Shown: one piece after another, positions 1-12,700 of the stretch
How positions within the stretch are numbered: the first letter of the stretch is position 1
Layout: each line of letters starts with the position of its first letter
NCBI GenBank assembly: GCA_964035545.1
Contig: OZ037765.1
Location: 21,328,995-21,392,994 of the forward strand
Length of the DNA stretch: 64,000 nucleotides
Origin: Bugula neritina
Taxonomy: Eukaryota; Animalia; Bryozoa
Direction of reading: 5' to 3'
Translations under genes and position numbers: made by a program
Notes under the pieces: model-generated
The model's database searches: none
What the model saw: only the letters and a program-made list of their open reading frames with translations
What the model was told of the DNA's origin: nothing

Positions 1-768
1 ATGCTGTTATATTTAGTTAAACTAAAACACAATCACACAACATGTAAATCTTGTTAAGATTATATATAATAATAATCGTCTGGAACATTGCCAAGATGTA
101 TTGTACAGACATTTAGTGACTAATTTACTGCTATTAGCAGAAACATCATGTGATAGTGATAAAGGTATTCAGTCATTTAAATAGAAATCTAAATGATCTA
201 TGCCTTTTGCATAGCTGCCTCACTAGTAAGAATAATTATTTTTGCAGTCAAGTTAAACTTTTAGCTTATAATCCAACAGTTTAAAAGCAACTATAAGGAA
301 ACCATCATGGAAGCAAAATAAATTTAGCTCAAACAATTATAGGTGTATTGTATGCAAATCAATTAATTGTGTAGATATTTATTACTAACAGTATTTTAAT
401 TATGTGGTTACTGAAGTCAATTATCAATTTTGTGAGCTAGCATAGTCTAAACTTTAGAGGCTAGTGGGCTAATCTCATTTTATTCATGTTTGTTAAGTAT
501 GTTTTTATCAGGAAAATATTTTAGAAATGTGGTTACTAGTTTTATTTTGTTTGATAAAACTTCAATTTCAATAAATATAGTTCATTTTTTAATGAAAAGC
601 TCATATTTAATCCCTGGGCAGCATATCAGAGCTATGAAAATATCTTTGGTATTCGCATTAGAATTTTTGGTATGAACTGGGAAACTGGAATATTGATCCA
701 GTAGTAGTTGAACAGTTAGTAGCTTAATATACTTTTCTGTACTTATCAGGGTGATTGTAGTAGAGAGC

Positions 769-3700
769 ATGAGTGCTGTTCAACTGGACACAGAGAAAGG
801 GTTTGGACTGGATCCAGAGAAAGGGTGTGAACTAAATACACTTTCAAAGAAAGGGCATGAGCTAAACACAGAGAAAGGGCATGAATCTGATGAACTAGAC
901 ACAGAGAAAGAGCACAGCTGTGGACAGCAGAAACTTGGAAACAAGCATCGCCTAACAACTTCCTGTGTACAGAGGGCAGGCACAATCGTATCAGAAGGAT
1001 TAGAAAGGTTCTTCTATAAGTGAGTGTTATTATAGAGATGTTATCAAAGCTATATCTTACTTGGCGCCTAAAATACTTTTCAGAAAGTTGAATGTCTGGT
1101 GCTATAGCTCTAGAAACAGTAAGTATTTTGTCACATCCTGTCTGCAAAAATGTCACTGTTTGCTTTAGCACTAGAATGAACAGCTAACTTAAATGTCAAT
1201 ATGCATACTTCATATCTAATAATATCTCTGAACAGTACACGCAGTAGATCTGTACTTTTGCGTCCACAAAAAGTAACAATATTATTATTTACGAAGATAA
1301 CATGAAGTATAACAATTGAATATTGTTTTATCTTCAATCTAATCACTCATCAACATCACTCATTAGCCTATTCAGACTATTCCTATGTTTGTGTTATGTT
1401 ACCCATTGTTAGACTAGTAACAATTACAAATAATGCTTAGTTATTCAGTTGACTTTTGACTTATAACAAATCCGCAAATGTATATTGATTTTTGCCGAAC
1501 AAGTAAGATTTGAGAAACGCAAGTAACTGCAATATATTGTCATAAAATCTTGAGTTTATTGATTTTTGTTGGCTTTAATACATTTGATGCTCTGTAACTT
1601 TGTAGATGCATATACAACGAAATTGCCTATTGCAAGCTAACTAAACAAATAATCAATATCCTTTGGGTATTGCGTACACATATGTCCACATGTACATCTG
1701 CTCAGCTATACTATTAATTACTGTGAAGTCTATAATTCATTGTTATATGTCAAGTAGAACAATTTCTGCCAGGGAACTTTTTAGTAACAAAACTTATAAC
1801 AGTCAGTACACTCTCTCAACTTGCCTGAAAAAATTGCATTTGATGGTCTTGTTATATTTTGATAACTGCTAGAGAGATAGGTGACCATATAAGTATCTAG
1901 TAAGTAAGTTTTGGCCAGATTTGCATTGCATTTTACTTTCACATTATTTTGTTGATTGAGACAATACTGCATCCTTTAGGTTTGGCTATGCTATTGCTAG
2001 CAAGCCATGGACTGTCGTGCTGTGCACATTCTTTGTGTCTGCCTTATTTGGCCTGGGCATGATACGGTTTGAACAGAAAGACAGCTCAGAGCCAATATGG
2101 GTTCCGGAAGACTCCATAGTGCTGAGTAACGAGAAGTGGGTCGAGAGAAATTTTCCAGTTAAACACAGATATAACATGTACATCGTAACTGCTGATAACG
2201 TATTGGAACCAGCAGTCATTAAGCAGGTAAGTTACACCCTCAATTATAATTAGGCTTTACAAAAATTTGCATTAATTTTAAATGTTGATAGCTATTGCCT
2301 GTATAGGGTCTGATTGCCTTAAAATTAGCACTGAACTGCAACAAGTTCTTGCACAGTTCCTTGAGTCTAGTTCTCAGAAAAAAATCCTATAAGCTGTAAG
2401 TCATAAGAAGCTGCAGAAAAATTTCTGTAAACAGTTTATATAAAGCAAAGTTGCCAATTTTTTGTTTAGAGTTCCTCTAAAGCAGGGCTGCCCAACAGGT
2501 GGCCCCAGAGCCAGATGTGGCTCTCAGCCTACATTTTTGTGGCCCTCAAAGACATAACGCATAAAATTATTGTTCACACATTATATGAATTAGAGTGAAA
2601 GAAACCTTTTTAAGTATCTTATTTATACACATTCTACAAAGCATGCAGCCCGTAGTAACTATTTGCACTTTATTGTGTAACAATTCATAATAATTTGGAA
2701 TAAAGAAATTGAAAATTACTGATGCTGTGGCCCCCAGCTCAGACTAAAGCTTACAATGCGGTCTTTGCCATGGAATATATCCTTTCAGTGGCCATCACTC
2801 CAAAAAGGTTGGACACCCCTGCTCTAAAGTCTAACCTTTGGACGTACATCTTTCTATGAACAAGCAATAAGTTTGATTTAAAGGTTGTGTAGCTAGGCTA
2901 TGTTACGGATATACATATATCACAATTTTCCTGCTCTTTTTCTAACTGTTTAACTATACTCTATACTTTATACTTTATAGGCTTTAAAAACAATTATGTA
3001 CAGTAAACATTATTTGCACCAAACCCTTTAAATATGTATACAGTGCTTTCTCACAGTTTCCTTTCTGACAAATTCCCATAGGTCATGAGAAAGGTTTGAA
3101 ACTTCATTTGGATCTTATATATGTGTGTGTATAGAGACAAAATCGCCAACTTTAACATTTCTGTGGGTTAAATCTGGTATTCTACTACTAAGTGAGGTTT
3201 TGGGACCCATATCTTAGTGAGATATGGAGGAAACACTGTATTTGAATATCAATTTTAGCTAGTATAAGTATCATTTAATAAATTATTTAGAAATCAGATA
3301 TAAGCAACCCTATATTAAGGTCAAGGTCGTATCAGTCTATTCAGTGACATAGGAAATTGTAAAGCAAAATTTATTTGCTGAATCTGTGTTAGCCCACTAG
3401 GTGATAATCACCCACAGGACAAATGAAATTATTACATACCTTTGAACATTGTATTGGTTACATAATTTATGAGAGATAATTCGATTTTATAAAAGTGTCA
3501 TTGACTGTTGGTCAAGAGCCATTAGCTTTTTATGATAACTATGCCCTTTGCATTAGAAATATAATTACATGGTATAATATATTATAACGGGTCTTTGCGT
3601 AGGTTAGATGTAGTAGAACTGGTGACTAGTCAATAATATTCCGAAGGTCCATTGCTCCGAATGTGGTTGTTTGAAAAAATAACACTGTTATTGGTTTTGT

Positions 3701-6700
3701 TTTGTTTTGTAGGCCTATATGTATTGTATTGTAATTGGTCAAAAAAGTAACATAATGTTTTTACTTAAACAATTATTTGCTAGTGCTTTATTTCTATTTT
3801 TGAGCTTTTCATTTTTCGCATTACAGTCCAGAACAATTTATACAACTTGGCATTAAATATTCAGCACAAATTGCATTAAAGGATTGCTCAATCTTAGTTT
3901 ATTACAATCACATTATAATTATGAACTATAATTTAATGTGTATGCAAACAATTGGGACTTTGCAAAGGGATATGTGCCTAGGAAACAGCTTTTCAAAATT
4001 CCAATTTTGAGGGCGGTAAAATTTTCAGCCATGAAAAAGAATAGCCTAATACGTGACGTGTGAACGCCAGTAACTATGCTGCACGTGCTAACTATAACGC
4101 TAGTATTCAAGGTTGCTGAGCACAATATCAACCAATAACGCTCAAGCAGTTACAGTGCGCTATATAGGTCAACTTTGGTGCGCCCGTAATATTGCACAAT
4201 CTGACCTAGTTTAGATCGATCGCAGGCATTCATCCTAAAGAATGCATGCTTTTGCAATGCTTTTTTCTAATGGTTACAAGCAAAATATAGCCTAATGTTA
4301 TTACATACATGTTATTGTAATAATTTTATGCGTAGAATGTTATGATTCGCTGCATGCAATTATTGGTGTGGGTTGTTAGCTGATTGAACACAGTGACTCT
4401 TTGTAGGAGGGTATTTATGCACAATAAATAAGAAATGTAATACTCACAATCCCCTTTATTTACTCCATAATATATATAAATCCAAAAATAGCAGTTAGGG
4501 AGGACAACTCCTTACATGTATAGAAAACTTACTAGTAAACTGGTAAACAAAGTATAAGATAATTAACTAAGTGTGTTATTGTCCTGGCTTGGTAGCTCCG
4601 AGATGTGTCCTGTTGTGCTGCTGGCTGAAGACTGACTCTACTGTGTTGAGGGCCTCCTTTTATACGTTGGGAAACATTTCCACTAGAATGTTCCGAGCGA
4701 ATTCGAGGGAATTCGCTCGAATCGCAGGGGATTCGCAGGGCTAGAATAAAAGAATCGCTCGAATCGAGCGAACTTCGCAGGGAAATCCCGGTTATCTTGA
4801 TTATATAAGTGTTCCTGTGAGCCGTCAGAAACAATAGCTAATCCAGTCACGTTAGTAGTAATAAGTAGCTGGGAATAATAGCTAATCCTATCATTGCCAA
4901 CATAACACTTAGCTGTTACAATACTATAGCTATGTAATGATGTATATCTAGGAAAACACGCATTCCATGGGAATGAAGTTAATAAAAATAAGGGAAATAC
5001 AGCCTTAGTTATACTATACACAATTTTACCACACACTCCCCTCCATCAGAAAGTACAACCCCTTTCTGATATAATTAAAAAAGAAATATAATAATAAAAA
5101 AAAGGAAGAAAATAAAAGAAAATACATGTAAGGGAGTTCTGGAATGGCTAATTTAGTCACACAAACAAAAATATATAAGATAGAAAATGTTAAGGGATAA
5201 TGAATTAATACACACAAGAATATATATTTACATAAAGAGAAGTGTCACCATTAGGGTCGAGCGGGCTGCTCCAGGTCCTGCAGTCTGCGTCGTATGCGTC
5301 CTAGTTCCTCAGAGATCCTGTCCAGGCCACGATATACATCCTCCAGACTCTCCGGGGGCCCACGGTGTGTGTGCCTAGTAGTATAGGGAGTGGTACTACG
5401 CGGCCTCGGTGCGCCCTGTCTACGCCGTTCTCTTCTAGTTCGGGCCGTTTCTCGTGGCGTCCAGCGGTCTCCTTCTGCAGTAGCTTCGGCTCGAGTTACC
5501 ACTACCCGGAGAGGCTGGGTGGGTGGCAACTCACAACTTGGGGGGTCTTCTGGCGGTTGCGTCTGACTAGTGGGTCGACAGGCCGGGAACCCTTGGGACA
5601 ACAGCTCCCTCTTCTTGGGATCGCTGATGTGGGGGAGAATCAGGTCCCTGAATTCTAGGTAATTGTCCGCATCTACATCAAAAATTCTGCCCGTGTGGCA
5701 GCGGCCAATACGTTGGTGCTTGAGCACGTAGTCACGCTGGAAGCTAAACTCCCCACACGGACAGAATGAGTTGACGTAATGTTGTTGGACGTGTATCCGT
5801 AGTCGCCTGTGTGAGGTAAAGCTCCGCCCACAGGTGGGGCACTTGGTGTTGCTAGGCTCCCCGCAGGCCTCAGCTATCAGGATCCGCGTCTTGGTGCTGG
5901 TCCAGTGAGACCGGGTGCTGAAAACGCGTGGTAATCCTAGCTCTCCAGCTCCTCCTAGTCCTTGAGGAGGGTCTGTGGTCTCAGATGAGGACAGGATAGA
6001 CTGTTCCTCCCCTTCATCTAGTCCAATATCGACGACAGTGGCAGGGGTCTCCGTATCTCCCTCCATTACTTGCTCCTGGGGTGTCGCGATTTCGGAGGAT
6101 CTTCCGAATGAGGTGAGAGTCGTAGAGGCAGGCTCTACGACTTTGTCGGTGTCTACAACAGAAATAGAGAGTTGAGCTGGTCGAGTCTGACCGATATCTC
6201 CAACTCGTGATGGCTGACTCACTCTATTATTAGTGATATCCTTATATGGCACTCGTCGCGATACTGCGAGCTGCCGGGGTGGGGGTAGAGTGACACTCTG
6301 GATGTCCTGGTCAAGTAGGTAATCTCTGTTGGGTGACTCTGACCCTCCAGAGTTCCAAGTGTGAGTTCTCCACATCTCGAACTTACTCTGGGAATCAGAG
6401 TTCGAGTTCCTACGGTCATCACCACCTAGACAATTCTCCGGTATAGGAGGTAATTCTAGTCTAGTGGACTTACCAGGGTGTGCGCCGGACTCTTCTTCAA
6501 CATTCAGGTGAGTGGGTGTAATATCCATATTTGTTAGATGGCGAGAGATTAAATTCCGTGTGGCGTGTGTGCTTGCTGCGATTGGAATGAACGAAGTATG
6601 CGTTCGTGGTTTATCGCGAGAGTCCCTCGCCTGGGTTTTTCCAACTTCGGGATCGGGTTTTTGTCCGATCTGGGTGAGGAACATCGAAGTGATCCCCTGC

Positions 6701-9700
6701 CGATATCGAGCCTCCCTGGTGGTGTGGTTAGGTGGTGAATAGTTGTAATACAAGGGGGGCCCTTCGTCCTCCGAGCTAAGGTATCCTTTCCCTATCTGGC
6801 CACAGTAATATTCCCCTAAGTACCCAGGAGGTCTTCGAGTCCTCTGGCTACGCCTTAGGCCTTCTGTGTCTGGCAAAGTGGCCTGTCCCCCAGGGTTGGT
6901 GGCTCTACTCTCTCCTACTTCCAGGGTAGGTGGGTCTAACCTCTCTGGTATGGCGGGGGGTGGTCTTACTGGTGGGGGCGCCTGAGGTGCTGGTTGCTCG
7001 GGGGGCTCTTGCACAGTGGGGGGTGGTTCTTGTGCTTCGGGGTTTCTCTCCGGTATGTTATAGGGAAGTTCCCACTCTCGGGTGGGGGGCGCCCTTCCTC
7101 CCCCGGTGGGTCGTCGTGCTGGCTCCAGGAGTGGTGGTGCTTGTCCTACTGCCCCAGGGCTGGCCCAGTACGGTTTTAAGCGTTTCTCGCTTTGGACGGA
7201 AATCTGTCCGGAGCGTTCTACGCGGTACGTGTGATTGGGTAGCACTTCGATGATGCAGTATGGTCCCACGAACTTGGGCTGTAATTTAGCCGACTGTCCG
7301 CGCTTCCTCCTGTAACTAATCATCCATACCCAATCGCCAGCCTGGTAGAGTGGGGGCTCGTCCGAGTCTTCCCCTCGCACTTGCCATTGTTTTTCCCTTA
7401 AGACCTCATGGGCCGTCCGCATCCTATCAACCAGCTCTCTCACGTATTCGTGGACAGGTCCCTCTGGGAGGGGGACGTGGTACGTGAGATGATCCGGGAC
7501 CCGCGTTTCCCGGCCTAGCATTAGGAAATTGGGTGTCTCCTGGGTGCTAGAGTGGGGAGTACTGCGATATGCACGCATGATCTGGGGTAGCACGGCGTCC
7601 CATTCTTCTTGGCTTTTCCCTAGTAGTAGACTTCTCAGGGCGTCCCCCAACATCCTGTTGTTGCGTTCCACTACGCCATTTCCTTGGGGGTGGTAGGGGG
7701 TGGTCCTACTTTGGTTGACCCCCCATACCCGACAGAGGTCCCTCATCAGCTGTGATTGGAACTGTGCCCCTTGATCTGTGTGGATCTGCTCCGGTAGCCC
7801 GAAATAGCAGAAAACGTGCTGATCTAAAGCTCGGGCTACCGTCGGGGCGGAGGCGTCCGGGATTGCCAAGGCATCTGCCCACCTAGTAAAATGATCCGTT
7901 AGTACCAGAATCCAGTTGTTTCCACGAGCGGACGTCGGCATGGGACCCACCAAGTCGACTGCCACTGTCTGCCACGGGCGACCGGCGTACAGCCTGCGCC
8001 GTCCCGTGGTCTCGGTAGAACGGCCATGCTTACTCGCCTGGCAGATTTCACATTGCCGGATCTGTAGCCTCACATCCCTTGTCATCCCAGGCCAGTACCA
8101 CCGCATCTGTAGGCACCGAATCACTCTACTGGTCCCCGCATGGGCCTGCTTGTGAGTCTCCCAGATGAGCTCTCTCCGGAGCGGGTGTGGGCACACAACC
8201 CGCTCCCGTTCCTGGTGTTGCCTGTCTGCTGCCAAGGAGATGGTTAGCAATCCGTCTGAGTTGAATTTGAGGGAGTCCCAGCGGTGGCAGAACTGTTGGA
8301 ATTCAACGCCCTTCTGCCGCTGCTCCTCCTCACCTGGCCGGCGCCCCTCCTTCTTGGCCCTGAATATCTCTCCCACTACCCCCGGCAGGGTTTCCTGTAA
8401 TCGGCACAAGTCCTGGACATTTCTGGCTAAGGTGGGGTTGACCCGAAGGGCCTGGACAGCATCTGAATGGACATCGGATTGCAGTCGGCCTTGTTCCCAC
8501 CTGTAGGCTTCTGTTTCCTTCAGTTGTGTCTCGACTTCCGAGCGGGCGGGTCCCCCGTCCCGCTTCTCTATATGGAGGCATTGCTTGCAGTCTCTCTCTG
8601 GACGACGGCTCAGACCATCAGCATTTCCATGCTTCCGGCCGGCGCGATGTTCAATCCGATATGAGAATTCTGCAAGTATTTCGAGCCACCTGGCGACCTG
8701 GCTGGAGGGTTCGGCCCGTTTGCACAGCCATATCAGTGATGCATGGTCAGTTCGTAATCTGAACGTTCTACCATATAGATATGGCCGGATATGCTTCACC
8801 GCCTTAACTACTGCTAGGAGTTCCTTCCTGGTCGTGCAGTAGTTTCTTTCGGCGGAGGAGAGGGCCTTGCTGTAGTACGCCACCACTACCTCGGTACCTC
8901 CTTGTACCTGGGACAACACAGCCCCCATACTGTGGTCGCTAGCGTCTGTATCCAAGATATACTGTTTGGTCGGGTCGGGGTAAGCCAGGATGGGTGCCTC
9001 CACTAGCCGGGCCTTGAGATGATCAAAAGCCTGTTGTTCTTCCTGAGTCCAACGCCACCGGACTCCTTTGGCGGTTAGCCGATTTAATGGCTGTGCCATA
9101 CCTGCGAATTCAGGGATATACTGCCGGTAATATCCCACCAGTCCTAGGAACGCTCTTAGTTCATGGATATCTTGGGGAACAGTCCAGTCTTGTACGGCCC
9201 GTACTTTCTCGGGGTCGGTGGCAACGCCGTCCCGGCTGACCACATGTCCGAGATATTTGACTTCCTGCTGCAGGAGAGCACATTTCGAGGGTTTAAGCTT
9301 TAGCCCGGCGGCCCGGAGACGGTCAAAGACCTCGCGCAGACGACTGACATGAGTCGAAAAGTCTGGCGAGATAACAATGACGTCGTCCAGATAGACTAGC
9401 AGCGTCTTCCAGTGTAACCCACTGAGGACCTGCTCCATGAGCCGCTGAAAGGTGGCTGGGGCGGATGTCAGCCCGAATGGCAACACCTTCCATCTCCAGA
9501 GGCCATCGCGGGTGATGAACGCGGCCTTGTCCTGTGCATCAGGACTGAGGGGTACTTGCCAGTATCCACTCAGTAGGTCCAGCGTGCTGAAGTATCTACT
9601 TCCCGCGAGGGCATCTAGCGACTCGTCTATCCGGGGGAGGGGGTAGGCATCCTGGATGGTGACGCTGTTCAACTTGCGGTAATCAACGCAGAATCTCCAG

Positions 9701-12700
9701 CTCCCATCCTTCTTTTTGACCAGAACGACTGGTGAGCTCCACGCACCGTGGGCTGGCTCAATCAGGTCCCGATCAAGCAAGTCCTGGACTTGCCGGCTAA
9801 CCTCCCTCTCCTTTTCCGGGCCCAGCCGTCGAGTGGGTTGTCGTATGGGGGCAGTCCCTGTTACTAGGGGTATCTCGTGCCGCACTACGTTAGTCAACCC
9901 CATGTCCTCGTCTCCTTGGCTGAATACATCTTGGTACTCTCGAAGTAACTGGGCCATCCGTTGGCGCTCCACGTTACTTCCACAACCACCACAGGCTCCC
10001 TTGTATAATTCCGCCACATGCTCTGGGACTGGTCCCATGCCAGACTCCAGGGGGCGACTCGGTGTCTCCGACGTCGCATCGAGTGTGGGCCCAACATCAG
10101 TCTCCTGAACCAAGTGATACCTGCCCACCAGTGAACCAGCCGATAACTTCACCGGCTCCGCGTAGGGGTTGATGCACTGCACCAGGAACTCTCCACGGCA
10201 GTCTAGCCGATTCAGGCTGTTTGCCAATTGTACCTTTCCGTGCATGCCCTCCACAACCCCTAGCTCAGAGATCTCCTTGCAGTTGACCCTGCACAGGAGT
10301 GTAGCCTGAGAGCGCCCGGGAATTAGGCTGTCCCGGACCACCTGTACGCCTCCTACCAGAGGCCTGCCGAACTTATCCACGCAGGTAAGTTCCTTGCCAT
10401 CCACCACTATTGCTGACTTGTTGAAGTCCATGTGGCATTGGTGCTCCTCAAGGAAGGGCATGCCAAGAATAGCATCCTCCTTCAGGTGACTCACTATGAA
10501 GGTCTCGTGGATTACGAGATCCCGAACTCTTCCGGGTAGTGAGATGAGGCCGTAAAATGGTATGCTCGATCCGTCCGCCAACGTACCGTGCTCACCATTA
10601 TACGGCTTGAGGCTTTCCCGCTCCCGAGCGCCAAGAGTGTCGAAGAGACGCCTACTCAGAAGGTTTGTGGTGCACCCAGTGTCCAACAGGAAGGTGGCAG
10701 CTTTGCCCGCAATCTTGCCGGGCAGGAAATAGCTGCTTCCGTATGGTTGGGTGTGCTTCGAGTAGTCTGTCTCTGGGGGAGACACTTCCTGGGTCTGGAC
10801 GGTAGGCCTCTTACACGTCCTAGGGACCACGGGGGTTTTCTGAGGTTTGGAGGGCAGTCGGGGGAAATCCCGGTCGGAATCAGTATCCTCCTCCACAACC
10901 TCCTCGGGTAACCCCGCGAACCGGTTGTTGAGTGGCCAAGCTGGAGGTTCGGGCAGGCCTTTCGGCCTCCAAGTTCTCCGGGGAGCTTGCCATTCGGATG
11001 AGGGGGGTTTCGTCTGCGCCTCCCTGGGTGCAGAGTAAACCCTCCTCGGGTGAGTCTGGAGACTCGGCCTGCGGGTGGCGGAGATTACCGCAGGCCTTGG
11101 GTGTTTAACGGACCGCTGCGTCCTCGGGGACAGTCTCGTTGCACATGACCTGTTGTCCCACACTTCCAACACGTGAGAGAAGACCCTTCGGGGCGACTAC
11201 TACGTGGCTGATTCGGCCGGTTAGTAGTTTGGGCCCGTCTCAGGGCCTTAACTTCGGCCTGTAGATCTCGCACCACCTCCAGTACCATGGAGACTTCGGC
11301 TGAGGTCGATGGGGTAGGTGCAGTAGCTGCTACCCTAGGCTCTAACTGAGCGTCCTTGTTGGGCTGACTACCGTATGACCGATCCGGTCTGTCAGTAGTT
11401 TGGGCCCGTCGCAATGTTGCGATCTCTTCTTGCAGTTTGTCCACCACCTCCAATACCATGGAGAGTTCGGGTGGGGTTGGGGGTGTAGTGGCGGCGGCCG
11501 CTACTTGAGGCCTCGGCCGAATGTCTTCGGCAGCCTCTCCCCAGTCTGACTCGACTCGTCGGGCACTGCTGTCACAGTCCTGACTCCCGCCGATCTGGTA
11601 GTACGCCTTTCCTCTGGTCAGAGCAGCCTCAATGGTGTCGACCCCAGCTGCCAAGAGATACCGTTGCAGGCTCAGGTTATTGAGCGATTGCAGGAAGATA
11701 TCAAAGGTGATGGCCTGGCGTGACTCCAGGTCTACGTTACCGTAGGCTACCTGGACTAGCTGCTCCACTTTGTTGGCGTGATCCTGTAGTGAGACCTTAG
11801 GGTCTCGTCGGAGTCCTTGTAGGCGGGCTCTCGCGTCCCGGACGGTAAGTCCGAAGCGGCCGCGCAGAGCCTCAATGATGTGGTCCCTATTCGGGCCTAC
11901 CGCGTAGGGTTTGGCTCGACCTGTCAGGCAGGACCGTAGTTGCAGTAATTCCACCTGGGCCGGCCACTGGGAGGCCACGGCCACCTCGCGGAATTCCTGT
12001 AGAAATTGTTCTACATTTCCTTCACCGTCGAAGACTGGCGCTTTAAGGCGGAACCTGTCACCAGGTGGAGCCTGTACAGCTGCCCTGTCTTCCCAGAGAG
12101 TCCGAATCAATGTCTCTAGGGTGAAGCGTCCTCCTGCTGGTTCATCATCAGGCCCGAGCTCTGGCGCTGGCCTCAATGGATCCATTGTTGTCTCTCCCCG
12201 TAGGGGAGCATCAGCTTAGTCTGTACCAGACGATTATCCCACTGCTGCCACCAGTGTAATAATTTTATGCGTAGAATGTTATGATTCGCTGCATGCAATT
12301 ATTGGTGTGGGTTGTTAGCTGATTGAACACAGTGACTCTTTGTAGGAGGGTATTTATGCACAATAAATAAGAAATGTAATACTCACAATCCCCTTTATTT
12401 ACTCCATAATATATATAAATCCAAAAATAGCAGTTAGGGAGGACAACTCCTTACATGTATAGAAAACTTACTAGTAAACTGGTAAACAAAGTATAAGATA
12501 ATTAACTAAGTGTGTTATTGTCCTGGCTTGGTAGCTCCGAGATGTGTCCTGTTGTGCTGCTGGCTGAAGACTGACTCTACTGTGTTGAGGGCCTCCTTTT
12601 ATACGTTGGGAAACATTTCCACTAGAATGTTCCGAGCGAATTCGAGGGAATTCGCTCGAATCGCAGGGGATTCGCAGGGCTAGAATAAAAGAATCGCTCG

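Noticed and set aside
3041-3238. Possible TA-flanked Tc1/mariner MITE (CAGTG...CACTG)
   Set aside because: The inverted match is only about 10 of 12 bp; insufficient without other copies.
4532-5036. 100-117 aa ORFs duplicated at 12471-12960
   Set aside because: They lie within the LTRs; the duplication reflects LTR identity and there are no protein motifs.
5251-6800. env gene in the Pol 3' extension
   Set aside because: No signal peptide, fusion-protein pattern or TM anchor; the region is hydrophilic with zinc fingers.
5365-12219. Many plus-strand ORFs of 60-130 aa inside the retrotransposon
   Set aside because: Antisense shadows of GC-rich gag/pol coding sequence.
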